A stretch of DNA of 64,000 nucleotides from Octopus vulgaris (taxonomy: Eukaryota). The notes below the pieces were generated by a model that saw only the letters and a list, made by a program, of their open reading frames with translations, was not told the DNA's origin and made no database searches. Shown piece after piece: positions 15,229 to 28,437 of this stretch. How positions within the stretch are numbered: the stretch's first letter is position 1; every line of letters begins with the position of its first letter. The stretch covers positions 97,836,001-97,900,000 of the forward strand of contig OX597819.1 in NCBI GenBank assembly GCA_951406725.2. The letters are read 5' to 3'. The translations under genes were made by a program, and so were the position numbers.

Positions 15229-16447
15229 TAATAATAATAATGATGATGAAGGTGATGATGATGATGATGATGATGATTTCATTTATTTGCTACCAGGGTG
15301 AAGGATGAGGGGGTACAATACAAAACAGACATAAAGTGTAGGGGTTTACATATAATGAAATGATAAAAATAAATAAATAAACCAGAAGGAAAAGAGTAAG
15401 TATACACGGTATACAATTTAAAGGAAGGGAAATATACATAGTTATCAAAGGTTTAAAAATGGGCGACGTTAAAGATGTAGTCCTCACGATATAGGATGAC
15501 CTCTGGGGATAATCGAGGAACTCAACTGACTAGCTCTCCCTGAACACCAAGGGGAAGTGCCCTCCCCAATTCCCTTTCTCCCACTCACAGCTTAACACTT
15601 AGAAAGGTACCATCCACTCTTGCCATTTTCGCAACTTTCACCCACCTTTCAATAAAGTCACTCGAAGACAGCACTTCCCTCTTCACTCCCAATTTATGAT
15701 GTTAATATTGATTTCTAATATTAGGACTGATTAAATCGACCCCAATACTTGGCTGAATCTTCTTTTATCGACTGGACGTTTGAAAGACAATATCCATCTC
15801 TGCTAATTTGAAACTCACATGTAGAAGCTTGTAACTTTTTATAGCTTAATCAGGAGGAAAAAACAATATCCATGCCTCTTTAAAACTTGGGAGAGACTAT
15901 ATTGCATTAAAGTTGCCTAAACCAGGTAATGATGTCAAACCGAGTGACAGATTCAGTGCGTTACCTATGTATGTCACGGGGGCTTTTAAATTCTGAATGC
16001 TAAAGGTCGGAACAAATACCGCAAGACATTCCTTCCGACAGCTCTAATAATTCTACCGATACACCACTCTAAACTGTTATGCTATTTAATGTCACTGGAC
16101 GGATTAACAGTTAAGTTGACCTCAGTGGGATTTGAACTTCAAATGCAAGAAACCGGAATAAATACTACAAGGTATTTGCCCTGATGCTGTAGCGCCTCTA
16201 CCAGTTCGATAGAGCGTAATCTTTCTTTTTATGTTTTTTATACGTCAAAGCATTTCCGACGCTTTAACAATTCTACTTACCGCCCTCATCTATATATTCG
16301 TACAATATTACGTTTCTACCTACATACCATTTGCGTCACGCTAAGAGAAGTAACTCAAATCGTATAAGAAATGAGCTGGTAGTTATGGTAGTGGTGGAGG
16401 CAGCAGCGGTGATGTTGTTTTTGATAATGATGAATGAAGAAAGATGC

Positions 16448-16509
<62 letters not shown>

Positions 16510-16811
16510 GATTAACATTCACAAAAAAGGCATAACGGGAGAAAACATAAGAGTAGAGCAAGAAAGAGAAAATCGCACAAAAAGAAAGAAAAATGGAGGC
16601 GGTGGAGGTGGTTATGTTTTGTTTGCTTGTTGTTGATAATCATAGTAGTGTTTGTAGGCATAGTGAACATTTCTCAACGACAATTAATTGCACAAGAGCA
16701 TATGAGTTAAAATCATAGGTTTGTATAGGTTCATTAGTGTCTCTTTTTTGTTCATTTTTCACTGTTAGTACTTCAACTGACATTTGTCATAACTTCCTTT
16801 TCCATATCTTC

Positions 16812-16894
<83 letters not shown>

Positions 16895-16895
<1 letters not shown>

Positions 16896-17093
16896 TTTTA
16901 CTTGTTTCAGTCATTTGACTGCGGCCATGCTGGAGCACCGCCTTTAGTCGAGCAAATCGACTCTGGGACTTATTCTTTGTAAGCCCAGTACTTATTCTAT
17001 CGGTCTCTTTTACCGAACCGCCAAGTGACGGGGACGTAAACACACCAGCATCGGTTGTCAAGCAATGCTAGGGGGACAAACACAAACACACAA

Positions 17094-17124
<31 letters not shown>

Positions 17125-17281
17125 CATATATACGACAGGCTTCTTTCAGTTTCCGTCTACCAAATCCACTCACAAGGCATTGGTCGGCCCGGGGCTATAG
17201 TAGAAGACACTTGCCCAAGATGCCACGCAGTGGGACTGAACCCGGAACCATGTGGCTGGTTAGCAAGCTACTTACCACACA
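16895..17281 (-). mobile_element. SINE family A copy
   Basis: Near-complete body and head. Confidence 0.85.
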
Positions 17282-17586
17282 CGTCGTCTCTTCACCAGCA
17301 CAGTAACAAGCAATAAAATCCATAAAATTTCTATGGGCTTCAGTAGAAAAAAATTATTTTGTAAATAATATTGATAAGGTAAACAATTGCGAAAAAAATC
17401 CCACAGTAAGACAATCAACCATCTTTTGTATATGAACATCAAATTGTAGGCTGTGGTTGATAGCTGAAAACGCTGAAACACTGCTACAGACAGTGCATGA
17501 ATCAGTAACATGAAATTAAATTGGAAAAGAAAAATCCACGCAAAGATTGAAGAGAGGAAGATACATAAAAATACCTACTTTATATA

Positions 17587-18143
17587 TTGGATTGTCCGGA
17601 AAGTTCGTACCGATTTTTAAAGGAAAGAAAAAGGTCAATAAATACCTGCCATTACATTTTTAATCGACCAAATATGAACCACTTTGTTGTACAATGCATC
17701 TCCATCTTTCCTTTAACTTGAAAATACCCTCTTGCCAGTGGTTTATGGCAAAGAATTCATCAAGGTATCTTTTTACATCATCCAAGGAATTGAAATTTTT
17801 ACCATTAAGACTATTCTGCAGAGACCTGAATAAGAGGAAATCCGAAGGAGCAATATCTGGTGAATATGGAGGGTAGGGTAACACATCCCAGCCGAGCTGC
17901 AGCAATTTTTGTCTGGTTCCCAAAGCATCAAATGCCAAAAATGAACTTTCTTTTCTTCCATTTTAAAGGGTTACAGAATTAACACAGGTTATAGGAACAT
18001 AAACCTTCTTCCATGCAAATATAGCTTAAACTGTACTCTAAATGGAGGTGTAGTCAAATCCTATTTTATGGATCCAACCATGTTCTAAAATAAGTCGAAA
18101 GGTAAGCTACTATAAATCGGCACGAACTTTCCGGACAACCCAA
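17587..18143 (-). mobile_element. Internally deleted mariner transposon with TIRs and TA target duplication
   Basis: TIRs TTGGATTGTCCGGAAAGTTCGTACCGATT / AATCGGCACGAACTTTCCGGACAACCCAA, with TA on both sides. Encodes LGWDVLPYPPYSPDIAPSDFLLFRSLQNSL (mariner YSPDLAPSD motif). Confidence 0.92.
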
Positions 18144-18734
18144 TATTTTGTCAGATAAAGGAACAAAGATTAGAAAATTAGACCAAAGACAAACCCAGAA
18201 ATATATAGAATTAATGAACCAGAAACTGTACAGCATACATAAAAGGAAGAAAAGATTGGAAGGAAAAAGCTGATATAAGGAACATGTTATAATGCTTACA
18301 CCATGAAACCTAGAAAGGTAATGATTACATTTAGAATACACTTCTTAATAAAAATGGTACACAGAGAGACACACATTTAGCACGAATGCAGAGAGATATG
18401 GGTCTTCTTTGACTGAAAAATCACAAATTATGTATTGTACGACTATAGAGAAACCTATGCAAACAGTTGCATAACATGAACGAAATAACAGAAAAGAGAT
18501 TGCTTTATTTCTTTTGCAGGAAGCCAAGAAATATGAACAGAGGTTAACGGAGAAAAGGAACTGTGAAGCAGCCTGAGGAATAACAAAAGAAAAATTACTG
18601 AAAAAGTTCCAGCATGGTTAATGTCTTACTAGTTTGAGAAAAATGTCAGTGAAGGGAGAAAAACAACTCACCAGTGGGTCACCACCACCATACTAACCAC
18701 CACCACCACCACCACCACCACCACCACCACCGTG

Positions 18735-19012
18735 ATTGGATTTGGCTGACGGAAACTGAGAGGAGCCCGTCGTGTATATATGTGTGTGTGTGAGAGTCTT
18801 TTTGTCCGTTGTATCCCTCCACCACCAACACCACCGCTACTTGACAACCGCTGTTGATGTGTTTACGTCCCCGTAACTTAGCCGTTCGGCAAAAGAGACA
18901 AGTATAAGTACCAGGTTTAAAAACATATAACTACTGGGCTGACTTATTCGACTAAACCTTTCAAGGCGATGTTCTAGTATGGCCACATTCTAATGTCTGA
19001 AGCAAGTAAAAA
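18735..19012 (+). mobile_element. SINE family A copy (diverged)
   Basis: GACGGAAACTGA..CCCGTAACTTAG..TTCGGCAAAAGAGAC blocks. Confidence 0.7.
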
Positions 19013-19147
19013 GATGAAAAAAACGCAAGCAACTGATAAGACTGCCTCTCCACTGCTGCGAACCTGTTAGAAATAGCAACCAAGTCTCCTACAAATCATA
19101 TCAGGTTATATTTAATAATGTAGAGGCTAGTTATTCTGTGTGGATAT

Positions 19148-19430
19148 AAGGCATGTGGCTTAATGGTTAGGGTATTTGGCGTTGTGTCCATGAGCCAGAC
19201 ACTTTATTCTACATTGCTCCTGTTAACTCAGCTGGCAAAAAATGAGTAGTACTTGTATTTCAAAGGGCCAGCTTTGTTACATTCTGTGTCACGCTGAATC
19301 TCCCCGAAAACAACGTTAAGGGTGCGCGTGCCTGTGGAGTGCTCAGCCACTTGCACGATAATTTCACGAGCAGGCTGTCCCGTTGATCGGATCGACTGGA
19401 ACTCTTGTCGTCGCAATCGACGGAGTGCCA
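19148..19430 (+). mobile_element. SINE family C copy
   Basis: GGCATGTGGCTTAATGGTTAGGG head; body shared with 55390-55680. Confidence 0.65.
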
Positions 19431-20315
19431 TATTTGAATAAAAGTCAAAATGTTCACGGTTGGAACATATTTGTCAGTCTACCACTATTAACGTAGTTAT
19501 TAATACTCGCACTGTTTTTGTTGCAATGGCCTCATCAACCCATCCTGTGACCTCAAACATCCCTGGTACTCTTGTTAGTTGAAGAATACTGTAACTAATT
19601 TTCCTCGGTTGTATTAATCGTAGTTTTGCCTTAAATGAAAAGCAAGATATGAACCTGAAGCCACTTATCTGAAAGTTGCATTCGTTTTATCTTCCTATTG
19701 AAGCAAGTATTGAACTATAGCGATGACAGAGATATATGATATAATATTTAGAGATGGGATTTGTTATTAAATGCATCTCTTTCTCACTGTCATTTGGTGA
19801 GTGATAGTTTATCAGCAAATTGGAAATATCTTTGGTTATATTTTCGAATGCAGCAGCGGCAGTAACAGCAGTAATAACCATGACAGGTTTATTTAAGCTT
19901 TGTAGGGGCCTGTGTCTTGGATACCAAACTGAACATGCTGTTTTAAGAGGCCATTAAGAATTTTGATAAAACATTTCTAACTTATAACTAAAATCGGATT
20001 GCTGGTTTCACACTCAATGAAATTTACATTGCTTCAAATCGGTCGTTATTATAGGATGGAATAACGCGTTTGTAGATACAAAATGTCATAAAAGTAACAT
20101 ACGAAGGAAAGACATTTATGTCTTTCTTAGCAGTATTATCGATGTAAGAGAAGTAAGCGTATTACAACCAGAAATCGGAAGAGAATTGGGAACTACACTA
20201 GTTGAAAGATAAATACTAAGGCAATGATATCTGCTACTACTCATAGTTCAGAAGTGAACTCATTGATCTACTCATAGTTCAAAATTGAACTCATGAATCG
20301 AATAAATAGTTTTAC

Positions 20316-20438
20316 CTCGTTTTATCTCACACCACGTTCCTGTGTATCTTTTCGGACACCGACACCACAATTCTGGCCCTCTTTCAAAGCATTTGGCCCC
20401 ATTTTTACATAAGTTGCTGGTACACTTCCAATATATCT
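20316..20438 (-). CDS. EGF-domain exon of EGF-TM gene
   Basis: tgtgtctttcag|AG...CGAG|gtaaaa, 123 nt, phase 1-1. Reads (E)IYWKCTSNLCKNGAKCFERGPELWCRCPKRYTGTWCEIKR: C-x4-C-x5-C-x8-C-x-C-x8-C with CxNGxxC and YxGxxCE hallmarks. Not in the ORF track. Confidence 0.92.
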
Positions 20439-21466
20439 CTGAAAGACACAGGACGAGGTATTATTGTAATCTACTCGTATCAATCGTGACTATAATGTTA
20501 CTTATAAATTGTTTTTAATTTCCTTGATCAGAAGTATAGCAAGAAGAGGATGTTTTAAAATTGCCATAAATGGATGCTATGAAAGCTATTTTGAAATCTT
20601 GATTCATGGTCTTTATCTGTTATTATTTATTTTTAATCTACTTCAATGCGGCCATGCTGGGGGGCACCGCCTCGAAGGGTTTTAGTCGAACAAATCATCC
20701 ACCGTACTTACGATACTTATTTTCTAAAAAACCTGATACTTATCCATCGGTTACTTTTGTTGAACTACTAACACCGGCTCTTAAATCATTTGAGGACACG
20801 TAAATAGTTCTAGCTGATATATATCCAAAACAATACCGTAGGATTCTTATGATAGTGTACTTACTGAAATATTACGGAGAACACCACTTATTGTCCGCAA
20901 TGGGACAGAACAAAGTCTATCCATTTGTATAGTTGGTCAATTATATTTGAACCAAGGGCAAAAGTTAAAACCGTTTCAATGAATATGTAAATTAAAAAGA
21001 AAAAGAAAAAGAAGTAAATAAAGGGTGCGGACTCTCATGAAGCTACATTTGCTAGTTCGAATATCCTATGAAGAATATTATTTTCACAATTTTTTTCGTA
21101 GGTACTGACTGACATTGGAAGCCGAAACGGCCGTAAGAATTGTTATGTCCCATAAATGTTATGTCATATTTTGTATTAATTGATGTGGTCCAATTGATTT
21201 ATTTGTTGATCTAAAGTTTTCTTCATTTTTTGGTTATTTAAATTTTATTCCTGATAAACTTTTGTTTATTATGTTGTTACCTGTATCCTACGAGCATAGT
21301 GTGCTTGCATACCCATGCTCAGAGATAACACAGGTAACTGATACCGATAGTTATAAAATACGGATATTTTATTCCTTAGTCGGTTACTATAACCGCTAAC
21401 TCTGCTTACCTTATATATATATATATATATACTTTTATATATGTATATATATACATACATACATAC

Positions 21467-21497
<31 letters not shown>

Positions 21498-21636
21498 CAT
21501 ACATACATACATACATACATACCTACATACATACATCATACATACATAAGTACTTGCTACACGTTGATGTGCCGCTATTTCTTATGAATCATATATAACC
21601 AATATCTGTAGAAATATATATAAATATACATACATA

Positions 21637-21690
<54 letters not shown>

Positions 21691-21784
21691 GATATATATA
21701 TACATATATATATATATGTATATATATATATAGATATATATATACATATATATATATATACATAGATACACATACACACACACG

Positions 21785-21945
21785 AATGCTTTCACGCGGT
21801 TGCTGTCAACTAATTTACTCACAAGACATTGGTTGGCCCGGAGTTATAGTAGAAGACACTGGCCTAATATACCGCGCAGTGGGACTGAACCCGAAGGCAC
21901 GTGGTTGCAAGGCGAACTTCTTAACCACACATTCATGCCTGCTCC
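21785..21945 (-). mobile_element. SINE family A, 5' half
   Basis: GCAGTGGGACTGAACCCG head block. Confidence 0.7.
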
Positions 21946-22207
21946 TGATATGAGCATAGCCACATTGATGTATTTCTGAAGTGTACCAGTATACGTAGAT
22001 CCATTAAATAGCATACAGAACTAAACATTTTGTGCCTTTCTTAGCACGATTAGCATTAATCTTTCTTTAAAAGCCATTTACTTCATACCTCTCCAAATTT
22101 TATCATTAACTACCGAGTGATGAAGCAGTGATAATGAGGCATTGTGATATTTTTTAGTATCCAGGGAGGATATAGAAGGCGCTGACGCTATTAACTACCG
22201 AATGCGC

Positions 22208-22685
22208 TTTTCATCCTTTCGGGATCGATATATTAAGTACCAGCGAAACACTGGGGTTGAGGTAATCGACTAGTCTCCTCCCACCAAGTTTGAGGCCTTG
22301 TGCCTTTCGTGGAGAGGATATTCTATTCAATATAAGCTTGTCGTAAGACGGCGCGCTGGCAGAATCGTTAGCACGCTGGGCCAAATGCACAAGGTCTGAA
22401 ACTTGGTGGTAGGAGACTAGTCGATTACATCGACCCCAGTGTTTCGATGGTACTTAATATATCGATCCCGAAAGGATGAAAGGCAGAGTCGACCTCGGCG
22501 GAATTTGAACTAAGATCGTGCAGACATACGTCTTTACGTTCTGAGTTCAAATTCCGCCGAGGTCGACTTTGTCTTTCATGCTTTCAAGGTCGATAAAATA
22601 AATACCAGTTAAGCACTGAGGTCGATGTAATCGACAAGCCGCTTCCCCCGAAATTACTGGCCTTGTACTAAAATTTGAGACCAAT
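22208..22685. mobile_element. Cluster of SINE family B pieces in both orientations
   Basis: 22210-22300 (+) is the reverse complement of ~22390-22480 (-); another (+) copy lies at 22530-22685. Confidence 0.7.
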
Positions 22686-22899
22686 ATTGACTTTATCTGA
22701 ATATTTAACTATTTTATAGACTGATGCTGTATGTGAGGGAGGTTTTGCAGCGATTTTTTCTACGTCTACCGACTGCGTTGCAACTTCCTCCATGGTTCGA
22801 TTAATACATTACATAGGAGCTATGTATATCGAGGAGTCTCACACAGGTGGGACACTTTTTAAACGTAACTCGGACTGGAACAAAAACATATATTACAAA

Positions 22900-23760
22900 T
22901 ATTGATTTCAAATTCTGGCACAAGTCAAGCAATTTCGGGGGGGGGGCGTGTAAACTTATTACTTCTACCCCAGTACGCAACTGGCACGTATTTATTTTAT
23001 CGAAAGGATGAAAGGATGAAAGGCAAAGTCGACTTCGGCAGAATTTGAGCTCAGAACGTGAAGTCGGACGAAATGTTGCTAAGTATTTTGCCTGGCGTGC
23101 TAACGATTCAGCCAGCTCGCTACCCTACAAACATTGGCTTCAAATTTTTGCACAAGGCCAGTGAATTTAGGGGAGAGGGTAAGTCAATTACATTGACCCC
23201 AGTGCTCGACTGGTACTTATTTTATCGACCCCGCAAAGATGAATGGCAGAGACAACCTCGACAGAATTTGAACTCAGAACTTGTAGGCGGACGAAATACT
23301 GCTAAGCATTTTATCTGGCGTGCTAACGATTCATCCAGCTCGCTGCCCTACAAATATTATTTTCTACTCTAGGCACAAGGCCCGAAATTTGGGGGGAGTG
23401 TGGGGCAGTTGATTGGATCAACCCCAGTACGTAACTGGTACTTATTTTACGGAACCCGAAAGGTTGAAAGGCAAAGTCGACATCGGCGGAATTTGAGCTC
23501 AGAATATAACGGCAGACGAAATAACTATTTCTTTACTACCCACAAGGGGCTAAACACAGAGAGGACAAACAAGGACAGACAAACGGATTAAGTCGATTAT
23601 ACCGACCCCAGTGCGTAACTGGTACTTATTTAATCGACCCTGAAAGGGTGAAAGACAAAGTCGACCTCGGCGGAATTTGAACTCAGCACATAACGGCAGA
23701 CGAAATACCGCTAAGCATTTCGCCCGGCGTGCTAACCATTCAGCAAGTCGCTGCCCTACA
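22900..23760 (-). mobile_element. Head-to-tail array of about 4 SINE family B copies
   Basis: Units of ~200 bp, each with GGCAAAGTCGAC..GAATTTGA(A/G)CTCAG. Confidence 0.8.
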
Positions 23761-24144
23761 AATATTACAAATAAAATGCACCCGTCAATATGAGACAGCG
23801 TTTATATTTGTATCCTTCAAAATTTATCAAAACGGACCTCATCGATGCTGGTACCATGTAATTTATTCATAATTTATCTTAGGTTTAAACACGTGAAATG
23901 CCCTGACAGCAGTTATTGAGATGGGAGATAAGCACTTCTCTTAATAACAGCAGGGTTACAAGTTTGATTTTTAAATCGAGGTGTAACGAAGATGATGCTC
24001 AGAATATATATATATATTTAAATATTTCCTTTTTTTGCGGTTTAAGGGAAGTGAAATTGTACTTTCGGTGTACGACCTGCTGTTACTTAATACCTATGGA
24101 CCGAAGAAATACAATACAAATGCAATGTATGAACAAGTACCTAC

Positions 24145-24225
24145 CTATTTCTTCGTCATCAGCTGCGACCTCGTCCAAATTGTAAATATGATTTGTCTCT
24201 ATAGACCGCCTTCTCCTCAATAAAG
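24145..24225 (-). CDS. Pro-protein convertase-site exon of EGF-TM gene
   Basis: gttcctttgacag|CT...ATAG|gtaggt, 81 nt, phase 1-1. Reads LLRRRRSIETNHIYNLDEVAADDEEI. Confidence 0.8.
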
Positions 24226-24741
24226 CTGTCAAAGGAACAAACATTTCATTGTATTAAATTACAACTGATTCACTTTTTGGTACATAGAACACGTTCTGTG
24301 ATATTTTACGAATTATATCAACAGGGTTAATTTCATTTGATGAGGGACTAAACCCACTATTCTGAAGTGGAGAAAGGAAAACCTATAAACATAGTCTGTA
24401 ATCTGACTCTACCCATTCTCTTCATGTAAAGAATATTCTTAATTCCAGTTTTTATGCAGTTTTATAAAACACTTGAAGACTGCTCATTGGTGTTACATAG
24501 TATATTCATTATGTTTTTATTCTTTCCTTGGTTTAGCCATTGGGTTACAGCTAGGCTGGAGCACCGCTTTTAAGGATGTATGTAGCCCTTCATATCGACG
24601 ACCCCAGTACTTTGTTCATGTTCTAGTCAGATACTTAATGTTATCGATGCCTATTGATGTTACCCTTTTTTTGTTTTAAGTGATTTTGTTGAATTAAACA
24701 CATAAATGCCAACACATGTGTGTATGTATGTGTGTGTGTTT

Positions 24742-24812
<71 letters not shown>

Positions 24813-25302
24813 TGTATAATATAATACTTTACTTATAGAGAACAACGGGCAAAATACTATGGCCATGATCACCCAGTACCAGTTGTAGTGGCTAGGGTAC
24901 GTGATAAAGATGATTCCACGTACCAGCTACCCAACAAAGTGAGATACCACCATTTGTATAGTGTTCGCCGCTCTGTTTCAGGACCAAAGAAATGTTATAA
25001 TGTTCTAGTGAAGAATGCTTTGAGGAAATGCAAGTACGTTAGGGAGGAAATGTACAATGCTACTGTTGACTATTTAGCGGTATCTGTGTGAAGATAGGGA
25101 CTCTTGTGCTGTTCATTATTTAGCGGTATCTATTGAAGCCGGGATCATGTGTTGGAAATGGAGGATGATATGTTGGAAAACTGTAGAAGGATGCCAGCTG
25201 ATAGAGATGCCAGGAGATATGGAACCATGTAACCATGGTTTCCACTACTATCACATACCATATACCAGCAATAAAATCTAGGATGGGGATAGGATAGAAG
25301 TG

Positions 25303-25550
25303 TGGAGGCGCGTGGCTGAGTGGTTAGGGTGTTGGACTTATGATCGTGAGATTGTGAATTCGATTCCTGGACCAAGCTGCGCTTTGTGCTCTTGAGCAAA
25401 ACACTTCATTTTATGTTGCTCCAGTCCACTCAGCTGGCAAAAATGAGTAATCCTGCGGCATACCGGCGTTCCGTCCAGGTGAGGAATATATATGTGCCAT
25501 GAAACTGGGAAACTAGCTCTTATAAGTTGGCATGATTCGAAAAAGTAACT
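25303..25550 (+). mobile_element. SINE family C-related copy
   Basis: GGAGGCGCGTGGCTGAGTGGTTAGGG...TTCGATTCC tRNA-like head. Confidence 0.65.
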
Positions 25551-25836
25551 AAAGAAAAATAAAAGGATACGATTGTTCAGAGATCAAAGACCTCACCAAT
25601 TAAGAGAGTGGATGGCATCGTGGTCGGATTTTGATGGACAATCAGTATGGATATATGGGTTTATTGTTGAGATTCTGTCTAAGCTTTATTATGTAAATAT
25701 AGATACATGTGTGTATCCGCCTGTTTGCATAGATATATAGGGCTATACTTATGTATGCAGGTGTAAACTTGTATATCTGTATGTGAGTATAGATACCCTT
25801 ATGTGTCTAAGTTGTAAATATGTATATGTGTGTGTG

Positions 25837-25903
<67 letters not shown>

Positions 25904-26589
25904 GTGAGTGCATTCTTAATATAGTTTGTTTGTAACACTGTGTTCTACTACCAACACTTCACAGACACAATGATGTGAAAAGAAAAGTGATAATCTTACC
26001 GTATTCACTCCTAAGAATCATGAGCTGGTTGGTCTTCTCGTTACTTTCAATAAAATTTCAAAATCTTGATTAAATCTAAAAACGAGGGTTAGGGTTGAAA
26101 TTGAATCACTAGATTTCCTAATGAAAGCTTGTCACTTGTTTCGTATGAACCAACACAAAAGCTGACACCTAAAATCGAATTCCGTATACGAAAGATTCAA
26201 CGTTAAGAAACTGAACAAAAACAAATACCAAGGAAAAAAAAATAAAAATAACAGAATTTCTAAATGTAGGCCCACTGAGAAAAGGCTGTGTGTTGACAAT
26301 TTCCACAGTATGAAATTTCTAACAACTGTCGGTTGTTTAAAGAGAAAACGGAAGCTTTACTTCAGCGATTTAAAATGTTCGATGATCACGTGCACCTCGC
26401 GTCTTGCTTCGCTGCTGCCTGACGTCATTGTGACCAGCGAGATCAGTTTTCTTTATTTTGGCTCCAAATATTGTCGGCGAACAATAATAATTTTTTTTAG
26501 TCTTCAAATAATGATTTTTTTTCTTGCCAGCGAACAATGATAAAAGCAACATTAAGAACTGCAATTTATTAAACTATAGCAGTCATTAG

Positions 26590-26943
26590 GGATCTTTGTG
26601 GTTTTATTGTATTATGAAAGCAAACACGTTGTGGCTACACTCCTTATGCGCTTGCGTAGCATCTTTGGTTACTATGGAAATAGAGTTCTTCACAATCAGC
26701 TATGGAACTTGTGGTGCTTCTTTGCTTACTATGCTAACAGAACTTCACGGTCATGCGCAAAATACTCACTTCTGATTGGCTAAAATAACCAAAATTTTGC
26801 AAACTTTAAAGGCTAATAACTTTTTATGAATTTGTGGGGAAAATAAATTTCATTTTCATAATTATTATACAAAGCTTAATTCATATACCAAATTTGAAAA
26901 CAACTGGAACAAAATTGTAGAGTGACGATAACCACAAAGATCC
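26590..26943. mobile_element. MITE with GGATCTTTGTGGTT terminal inverted repeats
   Basis: GGATCTTTGTGGTT ... AACCACAAAGATCC. The internal sequence is shared, inverted, with 53256-54010. Confidence 0.7.
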
Positions 26944-26974
26944 ATCATTAGATGTAAGAGAAGACACTATATAA

Positions 26975-27365
26975 TATCGGTTTCAAATTTCGGCACAAGA
27001 CCAGCAGTTTCGGGGTGGAGGTACGTCGATTATATCGACCCCAGTGATCGACTGGTACTTATTCATCCCGAAGAATTCGCCGGAATTTGAACTCAGAACG
27101 TAAAGACGGACGAAAGAATTTTATCCGGTCGCCTTCGAAGACACTTTAATATACAGATTGCTAAGGAAGCGAGCTGGTAGAATCGTAAAATACTTAGCGG
27201 CATTTTGTCCGACTTCACGTTCTGAGTTTTAATTCCGCTGAGTCTAATTTTGCCTTTCATCCGTTTGGAGTGTATAAAATAAGTACTAGTTGACTGTTAG
27301 GGTCGATGTAATCGACGTGTCCCCTTCATCAAAATTGCTGGCATTGCGCCAAAGATTGAAATCTA
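26975..27365. mobile_element. Two SINE family B copies in opposite orientation
   Basis: (-) copy at 26975-27135 and (+) copy at 27168-27365. Confidence 0.65.
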
Positions 27366-27892
27366 TAATTTACAAATTGTTCATTGATGACTGTTATATA
27401 CGTACAAGGCATATACATACCTAAAGAAAATGGGCTAAATGAACTAACTCAAGTGGGCCAATGCTATGAATTTAGTTAATTCAAATAAATGCTGATGTCC
27501 TGAATAATGTAGGTAAAAGAATCATAAAAAATTGAAATTTTTATTTTGGTTGGAGAAGGAAAACTTAAACCTTGTGACAATTATTAGTGACCTTCAGAGG
27601 AAAACGGGGAGATAATTTCTGGAAATTAGGAATAATTTCACAAAATTTGCATTTTCATATTTAGTGAATGGGTGAGTAGGGGACAGTTTTTAGAAGACAA
27701 GGTGACAGCTCTGGGTATGATTAATTAGATCTCCAGCGTCCTTAGCCATAACCCGTGTTGGATTTCCATTGTTTCAGTCAACAATTCCCTTGTCTCTGGG
27801 GCTAGGTTTCCTTTCAATTAGCAAAGACTAATAACTTTGTTAAGGTCTGCAAGCAGTCTCTTTGAACTGCAAATTTGAATTTTTATACTTAC

Positions 27893-27982
27893 GCCGATAT
27901 GTATTTTCGAATTGCAAACTAGTACATACATTTTGAGTATGTACGTTTTCATACTCAAAATTTTGTAATCTTATATTTTTTC
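27893..27982 (-). CDS. Candidate pro-region exon of EGF-TM gene
   Basis: tttctttctttggttaaaag|GA...CGGC|gtaagt, 90 nt, phase 1-1. Reads [29 protein letters not shown](P) and joins in frame to LLRRRRS. Confidence 0.5.
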
Positions 27983-28041
27983 CTTTTAACCAAAGAAAGA
28001 AACCATAAAAATAAAATGTTTCCGTTATATATATATTTATG

Positions 28042-28093
<52 letters not shown>

Positions 28094-28120
28094 TATATCG
28101 ATAGATAAATAGATAGATAT

Positions 28121-28160
<40 letters not shown>

Positions 28161-28237
28161 ATAGATAAATGCATGAGCGTGAAATCCGGTATCAAGGTAT
28201 ATACACACGCACGACAGATTACATAATTTAATCTTGC

Positions 28238-28257
28238 CAAGGTATTTTTCACCAGAA
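28238..28257 (-). CDS. Speculative 20-nt microexon (GC donor)
   Basis: tgttcaccag|TTCTGGTGAAAAATACCTTG|gcaaga, phase 2 to 1 (SGEKYL). Supported only by phase compatibility. Confidence 0.2.
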
Positions 28258-28349
28258 CTGGTGAACAAATGTTCATATCAATTGCAAATTATTTAGGGTC
28301 ACGACATTAAGTCTTAACAATGAAAAATATATAAATAACTGGAACCAAC

Positions 28350-28437
28350 TTTTTTTTGCGCGATATAAAGGAAATGTGGGTGCTCTTATTTTGTAGTGAG
28401 TCATCCGCTACAGAACTCCCTGTATCAAAGACAGAAT
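28350..28437 (-). CDS. Speculative upstream exon of EGF-TM gene
   Basis: tactgaaacaattcag|AT...AA|gttggt. Reads SVFDTGSSVADDSLQNKSTHISFISRKK; weak donor. Confidence 0.25.

Noticed and set aside
20316-20438. Assigning a gene symbol (EGF, TGFA, spitz, NRG) to the EGF-TM gene
   Set aside because: Cys spacing and the missing GxRC arginine do not match ErbB ligands; orthology cannot be established without a search.
22900-23760. Regularly spaced repeats resembling a CRISPR array
   Set aside because: Units are ~200-bp diverged SINE copies without unique spacers; the context is eukaryotic and there are no cas genes.
26000-26075. Minus-strand segment with ttttag acceptor and gtaaga donor
   Set aside because: Stops in all three frames. 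Only a short MILRSEY start would be in phase, and it lacks a signal peptide. At most a non-coding or alternative exon.
26086-26097. AGGGTTAGGGTT telomere-like motif
   Set aside because: Only two units; expected by chance.
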